A stretch of 64,000 nt of DNA from an uncultured Planctomycetales bacterium. GTDB lineage: Bacteria > Omnitrophota > Gorgyraeia > Gygaellales > Profunditerraquicolaceae. Below the pieces are notes generated by a model. That model was not told the DNA's origin. It saw only the letters and a list, made by a program, of their open reading frames with translations, and made no database searches. This document shows positions 39,434 to 48,188 of this stretch, piece by piece (position 1 is the first letter of the stretch; every line of letters starts with the position of its first letter). The DNA is taken from contig CAYHBB010000037.1 of assembly GCA_964354795.1 (NCBI GenBank), forward strand, positions 46,197 through 110,196, read 5' to 3'. A program made the position numbers and the translations under genes.

Positions 39434-40462
39434 TTAAACCTTTACCTCTCTTAGGAACTTCGCCGCATCTTCCGGAGCAAGCGGGCAGATGTAAAACCCG
39501 GTACCCCACTCAAATCCAGCCACTCGGGTAAGACGAGGCATTATCTCAATGTGCCAGTGAAAATCATTGTCCACACTCTTCCAGTAGTTCCCTTTAGTCT
39601 GACGCCTGAAAGGAGCGGTGTGAATCACGTAATTATACGGAGGATCGTTTAGACCGATTTTTAGCTTAGATAATACCACTTTCATGATACTGCTTAAGCC
39701 CATACGGCTAGCCATGTCAATACTGGTAAAATCCGGGGAATGCTTTTTGGGAAGAATCCAGACTTCAAAGGGAAAACGCGAAGCGAAAGGTGCCACCGCG
39801 ATATACCCGTCGATATCGGCAATAAGCCGATCCTTGGAAGACAGCTCCTGTTTGATCATATCGCAAAACGCGCAGCGCTCATGAAAATCATAGTAGGCGC
39901 GGGCACCTGATAACTCCTCTTTCACGCGCTTTGGATTTACGGGTGTGGCGATAAGCTGGGAACGGGAATGCTTGACTTTGCCTGCCCCGGATTCCACGCC
40001 GTGATTCTTAAAAACCAGGACATATTTAAAACGGCTATCTTTTTCAAGATCGCCGATCCTGTCAATATAACAGCTGATGACCTTTAATATCTGGGCCTCG
40101 CTTAAATCCGACATATTGTCGATATGCTGATTGGTCTCGACGACGATTTCATGGGCACCGATGCCATTCATCAGGTCATAAATGCCCTTGCCGCGGCGGT
40201 CAAGCTCGCCTTCTATGCGTAGGAATGGAGCAATGCTGGGCACAACCCTTAATTCCCAGCCGGGAGTGTTGCGGGGAGTGAATTTCGGCCTTAAAGAGTA
40301 GATTTCGGGGGGAGTTTTAGACTCATTGCCTTCGCAAAACGGGCATGGCTCGCCGCCGAGGGGCTCTTTTTCCGGTCCGGTAAACTGGTCCGGCTTTCTG
40401 GCGCGCTCAGTGGCGATAATAACCCATCTTCCGATAATAGGATCTTTGCGTAATTCAGGCAT
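39434..40462 (-). CDS. GalT-family paralog with nucleophile His replaced (HSRSQ instead of HPHxQ); possible pseudoenzyme or altered chemistry
   Basis: CPFCEGNE Zn motif retained; aligned active-site block KVKHSRSQLIATP. Confidence 0.75.
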   Translation of the reverse strand: MPELRKDPIIGRWVIIATERARKPDQFTGPEKEPLGGEPCPFCEGNESKTPPEIYSLRPKFTPRNTPGWELRVVPSIAPFLRIEGELDRRGKGIYDLMNGIGAHEIVVETNQHIDNMSDLSEAQILKVISCYIDRIGDLEKDSRFKYVLVFKNHGVESGAGKVKHSRSQLIATPVNPKRVKEELSGARAYYDFHERCAFCDMIKQELSSKDRLIADIDGYIAVAPFASRFPFEVWILPKKHSPDFTSIDMASRMGLSSIMKVVLSKLKIGLNDPPYNYVIHTAPFRRQTKGNYWKSVDNDFHWHIEIMPRLTRVAGFEWGTGFYICPLAPEDAAKFLREVKV

Positions 40463-40534
40463 TTTCGTCCTTTTGTATAGATTTTTAGTTTATCACAGGC
40501 AGGGAGGATTGCAAATGTTTTTTTGAAGGAAAAT

Positions 40535-40581
40535 AAAGGGGACGGTTCTAATTTAACGAGAAATAAATAGAGCGTCCCCTT
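40535..40581. repeat. Copy 1 of shared hairpin motif AAAGGGGACGGTTCT ... AGAGCGTCCCCTT (imperfect), downstream of ORF6N gene and upstream of galT pair; terminator-like
   Basis: Seen directly; first ~28 nt identical to the copy at 41184. Confidence 0.5.
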
Positions 40582-40600
40582 ATACGCTTTTCCAGACAAT

Positions 40601-41122
40601 CTATCTTTTTACCCTGAATCCATCAACCACCCGCTTCGCCTCATCAGGAGTAATCCTCAGCTGACGAATCGCTTCAAATATATCGTGAATATTTTTATCA
40701 TGCTTTTCGACCTTATGCTCAAGCTGATTTAACTTAGCAGCAAGCTCCTTATGGGTAGACAAAATCTGACGTAGCCTTACGAACGCGCGCATAACAGCAA
40801 TATTAACCTGAATAGCGTTTTCACTATTAAGAACGGATGACAACATTGCTGTTCCTTGCTCCGTAAAAGCGTAAGGCAAGGTAGAAGAATGTTTCAAAGG
40901 ACTGAACCGGTCGCAAATTGCGACCAGTTCGATTTTCTCAGCCGGCGTAAGCTGAAACATAAAATCTTCCGGAAATCTCCTAATATTCCTTTTCACCTGC
41001 TCATTCAACCTTTTCGTCGGAACACGATAAAGCTCGGCTAAATCTCGATCGAGCATCACCTTCCTTCCCCTTAACACAAAGATGCGTGTAGCTACTGCTT
41101 CTGCTGGGACTAAATTTGACAT
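40601..41122 (-). CDS. ORF6N (KilA-N-related) domain DNA-binding protein, phage antirepressor-like
   Basis: N-terminal ~110 aa (RIFVLRGRKVMLDRDLAELY ... VMRAFVRLR) matches the ORF6N pattern; AAAGGAGG SD upstream. Confidence 0.7.
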   Translation of the reverse strand: MSNLVPAEAVATRIFVLRGRKVMLDRDLAELYRVPTKRLNEQVKRNIRRFPEDFMFQLTPAEKIELVAICDRFSPLKHSSTLPYAFTEQGTAMLSSVLNSENAIQVNIAVMRAFVRLRQILSTHKELAAKLNQLEHKVEKHDKNIHDIFEAIRQLRITPDEAKRVVDGFRVKR

Positions 41123-41187
41123 GGCTTCCTCCTTTTACTTTAATAGACGTAAAAGATGGCGAAATCTAACGAAAATATATGTAAAAT

Positions 41188-41236
41188 AAAGGGGACGGTT
41201 CTAATTTATGGTGAAATAAACAGAACCGTCCCCTTT
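41188..41236. terminator. Perfect 15-bp-stem hairpin AAAGGGGACGGTTCT-N19-AGAACCGTCCCCTTT flanked by T/A runs; bidirectional terminator-like. Copy 2 of the shared motif
   Basis: Seen directly in the sequence. Confidence 0.55.
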
Positions 41237-41261
41237 ACTTATTATTTTGCAGACCTCTATT

Positions 41262-41492
41262 TTATTTCACAAAATTCCCCTTCTTACTACTAACCGCCTT
41301 AGTAAAGATACATATAATTCGATAGACAACATACAATAAAACAAAGAAAATCAATATTAAATACAAAGGAATACCTAGCAATTCTACACCACCCATTAAA
41401 AGTGGATCATTATAAAAACATCTTGCTAATAGAAAAGCAAATAGAAAAAAAATCATTATAATTAACACCTCTCTAATTATACCTCTTCTCAT
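41262..41492 (-). CDS. Small 2-TM membrane protein (76 aa) immediately downstream of the Rhs toxin; candidate immunity protein
   Basis: Two hydrophobic helices; position 53 nt after the toxin stop; very AT-rich. Confidence 0.45.
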   Translation of the reverse strand: MRRGIIREVLIIMIFFLFAFLLARCFYNDPLLMGGVELLGIPLYLILIFFVLLYVVYRIICIFTKAVSSKKGNFVK

Positions 41493-41544
41493 ATTTAATC
41501 CCTTATATAATCCTGTAAATATAAAACCTGATCATATTGTCTAA

Positions 41545-42457
41545 TTAATGTGCATAATGATCAATACCTATAGGCGTAGTTCCTAAGTTTTCTGGCGCAT
41601 TCCCACCTGCCCCATAAATAACGGTATTTACCGCAAAATTACTATTGCAATTATAAAAACTATATGGCGTCCCTACCCACGCAGCTTTAAAAAGATTAAC
41701 AGAGTTATTATAGCCAGCCTGGCTTACCGAAACATTAGACTCTAGAGTAAGCTGAGGGTATTTACTAATATAAACTGATGTTCTCCCAAAAGAACCTTCG
41801 CCATTTAACTCAATAAGTTTTGAGTGAGCATCTGGTCCCATCTCAAAGTGATCAACCTCGCCCCTAATATATCTATGTCTAAATAAGCCAGGCTTATCAG
41901 GCGGACCTAAAGGCCGAGACCCAACTATCGCCGTAGTTTTATCAGCCCTATTTACGCTTAACGCATGAAGTCTCTTTATACCTGACTGATACGCTTGCTC
42001 CCTGCTCATTCCGTGTGCAAAATTCTGCATACCGCTTAAATAACTACCTTCAATTAATCCTCCTACCGCTGCCCCTATGCCAAAGCCTATACCACCAGCT
42101 TTCATCGCGTCACCAAAACTTTCACCAGAACCTAATGCTCCACCAAAGCTACCCCCAAAACCTCCTATGCCCATCTCAGTAGCGCCTACAAGAAAACCAC
42201 CCCCAAAGCTAAAAGCCTTCTTCCCCAGAAAACCAGCAACCTTATCCCCTAAAGCACCACCAGCCCAACCTCCCAAAATACCACCTGCTAACCCACCAGC
42301 AAATCCACCCCAATTCCCTGTCTTAACCGCTGACCCCAAGGAACTAAAGAAATTAAATATTTGGAAACCTACCATCATATTACCGCCACTAAGCACAGTA
42401 CCAACTATTCCCGCAACAACACCAACAATTGCTCCCCAGAACTTGCTAAACCAACTA
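41545..42457 (-). other. C-terminal ~302-aa region after the RHS-core DPSGH motif: glycine-zipper-rich segment (GGFAGGLAGGILGGWAGG...) plus ~160-aa unassigned putative toxin domain
   Basis: Position relative to the DPxGH autoproteolysis-type motif at 42458..42472; lower GC than the RHS body by eye. Confidence 0.5.
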
Positions 42458-45400
42458 TGCCCCGATGGATCCACATAATTTATCGGATTATTCCGACAAT
42501 AACTGTATCGATTAAGACTTTGCGGATCATAAGGCGCCTGGACGATAGTATCTGCAGTAACAAACCGTCCGAGTTGGGCGTCGTAGTAACGGGCGCCATA
42601 GAAGTACAGCCCGCAGGAATCGAGCTCTTTGCCGGTAAACTTATACTTAGGATCATGAGTACCAGACTGGCGATAAACCGAACCATATGGAGTAAACTCG
42701 GTAAAACCAACCTGCTTGCCGGTGGCATCCGTAACTACATTACTTGAGCCAAGATGGTCGGAGTGATAATAAAACTTATTACCCGTGGACTCGACTGCAC
42801 AAATACGGTTTGAGCCGCTAAAAATGTACTTGGTGGTCTTGCCGGAAGAATCTATCTCAAAGAGCGAACCAATATAAACGTTAGAACCTGAAGAGGTACT
42901 CTTCTTTACCCTCCCGCCATCCCCATCATAAACAAACGTAGTATTGGTAGATACACAGGAATTGCTGACCGCCCAGGTGACGCTACTTGCGCAATACAGA
43001 TAATACGCAACTCCAGGCTTAAGCGTAGTAAAATCTTTTTTCGACGAAGAGTATTCCTGATAAGCTCCGGAAGTTTTATTATAGTACAGAACCTTAGAAT
43101 AGTTAACGCCTAATTTAAGCGGTAAAAGCGCGCTCTCAACAGGCGTCTCATCTTTTTTGGGTGAGAAAATTAAGTTACACCCCGGACTTAAAGAAACCTT
43201 CTGGCTGATAGGCAAACTTCCGCTGACCGTCAAGCTCACTGAATCAGAGCTTATAATATAAATCTGATACCCTTTCCCAAAGTCAAAAGTGTTAAACTGG
43301 TCAAACTTGGAATTACCCACATAATTTTCATACTTCTTAGTTAACGGATTATACCGGGAAACCTGGTCATACTTTCCACTGATCCCGGACAAAACCGAAG
43401 CAATCTTGTTATCAACTAAACTTACCGGAAATGAAATAAAATTCCAGCCAGGATTTAGGCTTAAGGTAATAGCAGCGCTCTGTGCAACGGGAGTTGCGGA
43501 GACATTCTCTGACTTAGTTAACCGGTTTTCCGCATCATAAGTCAGCTGCACCGTACCCTTTTTAGTCATATTCCCGTTTGTGTCATACTCAATGCTAGTG
43601 CTACCATATCCAGTAACCGCGTGAGGAAGCAAACCATTCTTGCCGTAAGTCAAACTCACTCCCTCTTTACTCGTCATGTTCCCGATAGAATCATAGTTAT
43701 AGGTAAATGTGCCATAATTTCCCGCAGCAGTCACCAACCGATCCAGATCATCATAATTAAAAGACTGACTTGCGGTATTTACGTAATCGCTAAGATTCTT
43801 GATATTTCCCACGTTGTCAAACTGATAACTTAAATCCTGGATTTTTCCTAAAGGAGACACTGAATTAATATTGGAAAGCCTTAAGGTATTTGGATCATAC
43901 GCATAATTGGTCTCAACGCCATTACTATACTTGATTTTTGCAATCTGTCCCGTGACAGAATAATCAATATCGGTAATATAATTTGCTACACTTGATACGC
44001 CTTGCGGATTATACGTGTAGCTGACTATCTCTGCGTCAGGATATTTGAGGGTCAGCAACCTTCCCAACGCGTCATAAGTACGCTCAACTGAATAAGCGCC
44101 ATAGCCGTTAACGGTCTTCACTGACTTGGTCTCCCTGCCCAGATTATCATAATAAAATTCCGTCGAGCCTGACTGATCAGTGATCTTCGATAGCCGCCCC
44201 ACACAATAATTCTTCGCAACATCATCATAAACATAACTTGCCAACACCTGGCCATTAGACTGCTTACAAATCAACCGGGTAAGCGAATCATAACTAAAAG
44301 TCAAAACCTGGCCCTTGGCATCAGTCTGCTTAATAAGATTACCCATATTATCGTATTCATAATACCAAACCCCCATATCCGGATCATTCATCTTGATCTT
44401 ACGGTTCAAAGAGTCATACCAGATCTGGCTGACATTGCCCTGATTATCAGTAAGCTTGATTAAATTCCCCGCGGTATCATACTCGTAAATCGTAGTATAA
44501 GTTTGCGTACTATTGTGCTCCTCTATCTTTGTAATCCTGCCATAAGCATCATAATACTCGGTTTTATAGTGATTGTTTTCATCGGTCGCAGTTTTCTTAC
44601 CCAGTCCGTAACTTACCTTTGAAGAAGTCGAATCAGGATTCGTTGCCTGGACTAACCTACCCATAGCGTCATAACTATAGCTTGAATGCACAGTCTGAAA
44701 ACTTGGGGTGACATAATTCTCCGAAGAATTAACATAATATGAAAGATATTTTTCTTTGACCTGACCTTTAATATTATAAAGAACACTGCCTGATACAATT
44801 TGCTGGCTATCGTTTTCTGCCATGGATTTACTTTCAATCAAACGCCCCAGGCCGTCATAAAACGAATAAGCCGTATAATATTTAGGTGATGCGGAATAGT
44901 CTACTTTAACTTTCTGCGCAGTCTTTACCGGAAACACGCTTAGATTATACTCATAAAAAGAAGCGGGAGAGTTCTCGGAATCATTCGGCCCGACAACCTT
45001 AACCAACCTACCCATGGCGTCATAATAATTAGTCGAAATTAGCTTATTGGGGTCAATGGTACTTAAGGCCTGACCAGTGGCATAATTATAACTGGTAGTT
45101 ATAGCCTGGCCCAAAACATTAGAGCTCTTGACCGGATAGCTTTGCATCAAAGAATCGTATTCGGTGGTCATTGAGCGGCCCAGAGCATCTGTAGCGCGGA
45201 TAAGATTGCCATAAGAATCGTAGATGTAACTGCCGGAAATCCTACTCTCGATAAGCGTTAAAGGATTATAAAACCATACCTCCTCTTTTGTAAGCAAACC
45301 CTTGGAGGGAGATGTTTCAATTGAAACAGCATTATCGTAATAAAACCACTTTTTTGAAATAACATTGCCGGATTTATCTTTTGCATAAGCGTATTTTGGC

Positions 45401-48186
45401 GCCGACATAATCCAAGCCGGAATATTATAAACATACTCCGTAAGCGACTCCTGCTCATCACCGATTACGCTGATATCGCCGTATGAATAAACCCTTACGG
45501 GATTTCCGTAAGAATCATAATTATAAGTTACCCTGGTTTGCTTAAAATTGGCATTATTGTCGGGGTCAAAAATAAAGCTATCTGTCTGCGATTGATAAAC
45601 AAAGTTTACGCCCGGATAAATCTGAGATGACGCCCAAGTATTCTCTGTTTTTGCATACAGCTTAGCCGCAGCATCACGGATCTCCTGCTTATACATGCGG
45701 CCCTTAAGAATGCCATCCTGCTTAAAATAGTTCTCGATATAATTTCCTTCCACATCCGTAACTTTGACATAGCCAAAGCCGCGAAAATCCCGCTCAGCCG
45801 CATCGAAACATCCGTCTTTATAAGAATAGTTTGTGAAATACGCATTGCCCATTCCGTCACTTAACGCCACTTTTGAAACTACCTGTATAGCAAATGGGAG
45901 TTTTCCTGTAGTATTAGGATAGTAATTATTGTAGGCGGTAGACGGGGTATATTCGATTTGCGTTGAGCCGCCTATACCATTTGAAATATTGGTCAAAAGA
46001 TCAGCTGGCCCTGCCAGATTCAGATACGCTTTCTTGTAACCGTCTTTGGCGATACAAATATCAACCACTCCGTCGCCGTCTAAATCAGCCAGATACCTGC
46101 CTTGATCATAGCCTGAAGAATCCACAAAATCTCCGTCCGGAAGATTAAAAGAATCGTCCCTAACCCATCCTGTTCCCGTATTTATATAAACCGCATGATA
46201 TCCGGCACAAGCAATTACCAAGTCACTCAGGCCATCGCCGTTTATATCAACGATCATCCGACCTTGATCGCGTCCGGATGTGACAAATTCTCCGTCCGGC
46301 AGATTAAAAGCATCGTTCCTGGTCCAACCTGAGCCATTATTTAGATATGTGGCCTTGTAACCATCCGAAGCAATCAGAAAATCAGCTAAACCGTCGCCGT
46401 TAATATCAACCAGACGCCTTCCCCCGTCAGCCGGAACATCCACCCTTCCCACATAAGCCTGATTAGTGTAACCAAAAAAGCGAACATAATAACCATCGGG
46501 CGGATTCCAACGCGAATCCTGCTGCCAGCCGCTTCCGGTATTAATATAGGTATTTATCGTTGTGGGTATCACATCCAGGGGCCGGCTACTCCACTGCATC
46601 CTTTCGATAGCAATCGACAGGTCATTCAAACCATCACCGTTTAAATCCGCAAAACGCCTACCCCCGTCTATCTTATTGCCATAAATAAAATATCCGTCCG
46701 GAAGATTCCAACGCGTATCTTGCGCCCAGCGGGGGTTCTGCGGGTCCGGATATTGAAAAACATATACATTCTTATACTGACCGGTTGAACCTGTATAAGG
46801 ATCCCAGATTGATGCCGCAAGTAACTCAGGAATGCCATCGCCTGTCAAATCCACCAACCTTCTGCCATCATCCCAGCCCTGATAAATAAAATAACCCAAT
46901 GGCACCGGCCACCAATTTGCTGAAGCGCTAAATCCGTCTTTAGAATTTAGATGTGTCGCCCGCAGCCATTGCCTGGTCGATGACTCAGCAGGATCATAGC
47001 GTGAAATCACAAAATCAAACATCCCGTCGCCGTTTAAATCATAGACTCTCCTACCCTGATCTTGAGCCCCTTTTACAAAATCTCCGTCCGGGACATGCCA
47101 TTTAGCCTGATCAGCTGACCAACTTCCCTTATTTAAGCGATACGTAAAAGTAATCGGGTTAGACGCGGTAACGCCGTCTGAGCCATATTCAGTCACTTTT
47201 GACAGAAGGCTACGCTGCGAAGAAGCGCTCGCCGTATATTCAAAAGCATATCTACGCACCAAGCTGTTATCATATAGAACCTCTATTGTTTTCAAGCGCT
47301 TGGTCGTCTTTACTTGATCACCGATTAAATAGTTTAGGGAAATATCCTCCCGGCTTTCATAATTAAACATTGCCTTATACTTTGCCGCCAAACCCATTTG
47401 CTCATTGGCAGTGTAATTGATCGCGGCTGGATACAAGCAATTATCTTCCTTAATATAGGTAATGCTTAAAGAATTGCCTTTCAGATCGACTATTTTATCC
47501 AGTGCCCAGGAGAATGTGCCTTTAGAAATAGTCAGGCGGGAATTATCCGATGAACCAAAGAAAAGTTTTACCCCTGACTTATCTGTTACTTGCCAAGAAT
47601 TATTACTGTAGGTATATTTTACGAATGAACTCTCAATTTTTGCGCGGTATTCGTTATTTCCGATGCTGACTAAATCCTCTCCGCTGGCGGTAAAAATATC
47701 CGCGGAATCATATTTTGGCACACCACGCTTGGTCGAACGTGCAATCGAGCCCAGATCTAAAGACCACCCCACCCCGACAATACCATTGCCACTATTATTG
47801 TTGTAGGTAATACTTAAGGGTGGTGCGATATCTCTTTTGCCTTTAGGCGTAAATATGGGAATTGTAGCCTGGGCCTTGCCGGTAAAAGGATCCGGAGAAA
47901 CCGATTCCAGGATCCGGTTAAACTTATCGCTTGGGGTGTGAGTGTCTTTCTGAAAGAAGCTGCTGACAGTCGAAGACGGAAGCTCGCCTGCGGAAGCATA
48001 CGAAGAATCTGGGCGCTGAACCTTGCCGTGCCCGCGAATATCGGGGATTTTGCCAAGTGCTTCGTAATTGACCTTGGATTGGGGGCTCCTGGAAATACCC
48101 TTAGCAAAAGCAACATCCCGGAAACACACGGTGAATAAATGTATGAATACTAAAATTAAGGAAAGGACTTTGAAGAATATCTTCAT
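41545..48186 (-). CDS. Giant secreted polymorphic toxin (2213 aa): Sec signal + SpvB-like domain + FG-GAP/VCBS beta-propeller repeats + RHS/YD-repeat shell with RHS-core DPxGH motif + uncharacterised C-terminal toxin domain (Tc-toxin TcB-TcC fusion-like)
   Basis: Signal peptide MKIFFKVLSLILVFIHLFTVCF...AFA. SpvB-like GNGIVGVGWSLDLGSIARSTKRGVPKYDSADIF. Six DxNGDG repeats. Many YD repeats (YEYDTAGNLIKLTD, YYEYDNMGNLIKQTD, FSYDSLTRL ...). YYHSDHLGS. Core end NPINYVDPSGHS. Confidence 0.85.
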   Translation of the reverse strand: MKIFFKVLSLILVFIHLFTVCFRDVAFAKGISRSPQSKVNYEALGKIPDIRGHGKVQRPDSSYASAGELPSSTVSSFFQKDTHTPSDKFNRILESVSPDPFTGKAQATIPIFTPKGKRDIAPPLSITYNNNSGNGIVGVGWSLDLGSIARSTKRGVPKYDSADIFTASGEDLVSIGNNEYRAKIESSFVKYTYSNNSWQVTDKSGVKLFFGSSDNSRLTISKGTFSWALDKIVDLKGNSLSITYIKEDNCLYPAAINYTANEQMGLAAKYKAMFNYESREDISLNYLIGDQVKTTKRLKTIEVLYDNSLVRRYAFEYTASASSQRSLLSKVTEYGSDGVTASNPITFTYRLNKGSWSADQAKWHVPDGDFVKGAQDQGRRVYDLNGDGMFDFVISRYDPAESSTRQWLRATHLNSKDGFSASANWWPVPLGYFIYQGWDDGRRLVDLTGDGIPELLAASIWDPYTGSTGQYKNVYVFQYPDPQNPRWAQDTRWNLPDGYFIYGNKIDGGRRFADLNGDGLNDLSIAIERMQWSSRPLDVIPTTINTYINTGSGWQQDSRWNPPDGYYVRFFGYTNQAYVGRVDVPADGGRRLVDINGDGLADFLIASDGYKATYLNNGSGWTRNDAFNLPDGEFVTSGRDQGRMIVDINGDGLSDLVIACAGYHAVYINTGTGWVRDDSFNLPDGDFVDSSGYDQGRYLADLDGDGVVDICIAKDGYKKAYLNLAGPADLLTNISNGIGGSTQIEYTPSTAYNNYYPNTTGKLPFAIQVVSKVALSDGMGNAYFTNYSYKDGCFDAAERDFRGFGYVKVTDVEGNYIENYFKQDGILKGRMYKQEIRDAAAKLYAKTENTWASSQIYPGVNFVYQSQTDSFIFDPDNNANFKQTRVTYNYDSYGNPVRVYSYGDISVIGDEQESLTEYVYNIPAWIMSAPKYAYAKDKSGNVISKKWFYYDNAVSIETSPSKGLLTKEEVWFYNPLTLIESRISGSYIYDSYGNLIRATDALGRSMTTEYDSLMQSYPVKSSNVLGQAITTSYNYATGQALSTIDPNKLISTNYYDAMGRLVKVVGPNDSENSPASFYEYNLSVFPVKTAQKVKVDYSASPKYYTAYSFYDGLGRLIESKSMAENDSQQIVSGSVLYNIKGQVKEKYLSYYVNSSENYVTPSFQTVHSSYSYDAMGRLVQATNPDSTSSKVSYGLGKKTATDENNHYKTEYYDAYGRITKIEEHNSTQTYTTIYEYDTAGNLIKLTDNQGNVSQIWYDSLNRKIKMNDPDMGVWYYEYDNMGNLIKQTDAKGQVLTFSYDSLTRLICKQSNGQVLASYVYDDVAKNYCVGRLSKITDQSGSTEFYYDNLGRETKSVKTVNGYGAYSVERTYDALGRLLTLKYPDAEIVSYTYNPQGVSSVANYITDIDYSVTGQIAKIKYSNGVETNYAYDPNTLRLSNINSVSPLGKIQDLSYQFDNVGNIKNLSDYVNTASQSFNYDDLDRLVTAAGNYGTFTYNYDSIGNMTSKEGVSLTYGKNGLLPHAVTGYGSTSIEYDTNGNMTKKGTVQLTYDAENRLTKSENVSATPVAQSAAITLSLNPGWNFISFPVSLVDNKIASVLSGISGKYDQVSRYNPLTKKYENYVGNSKFDQFNTFDFGKGYQIYIISSDSVSLTVSGSLPISQKVSLSPGCNLIFSPKKDETPVESALLPLKLGVNYSKVLYYNKTSGAYQEYSSSKKDFTTLKPGVAYYLYCASSVTWAVSNSCVSTNTTFVYDGDGGRVKKSTSSGSNVYIGSLFEIDSSGKTTKYIFSGSNRICAVESTGNKFYYHSDHLGSSNVVTDATGKQVGFTEFTPYGSVYRQSGTHDPKYKFTGKELDSCGLYFYGARYYDAQLGRFVTADTIVQAPYDPQSLNRYSYCRNNPINYVDPSGHSWFSKFWGAIVGVVAGIVGTVLSGGNMMVGFQIFNFFSSLGSAVKTGNWGGFAGGLAGGILGGWAGGALGDKVAGFLGKKAFSFGGGFLVGATEMGIGGFGGSFGGALGSGESFGDAMKAGGIGFGIGAAVGGLIEGSYLSGMQNFAHGMSREQAYQSGIKRLHALSVNRADKTTAIVGSRPLGPPDKPGLFRHRYIRGEVDHFEMGPDAHSKLIELNGEGSFGRTSVYISKYPQLTLESNVSVSQAGYNNSVNLFKAAWVGTPYSFYNCNSNFAVNTVIYGAGGNAPENLGTTPIGIDHYAH

Positions 48187-48188
48187 AG

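Noticed and set aside
42077-42478. Plus-strand Pro-rich 133-aa ORF (MPKPIPPAF...)
   Set aside because: It is the antisense reading of the glycine-zipper (GGN codons) segment of the Rhs toxin C-terminus. Pro-rich low complexity arises trivially from NCC codons; no RBS context.
41545-48186. Interpretation of the Rhs protein as a T6SS or CDI effector
   Set aside because: No PAAR/VgrG/Hcp or CdiB-type transporter genes are in the window. The protein has a classical Sec signal peptide and SpvB/FG-GAP domains, which fits Tc-like/YD-repeat toxins instead.
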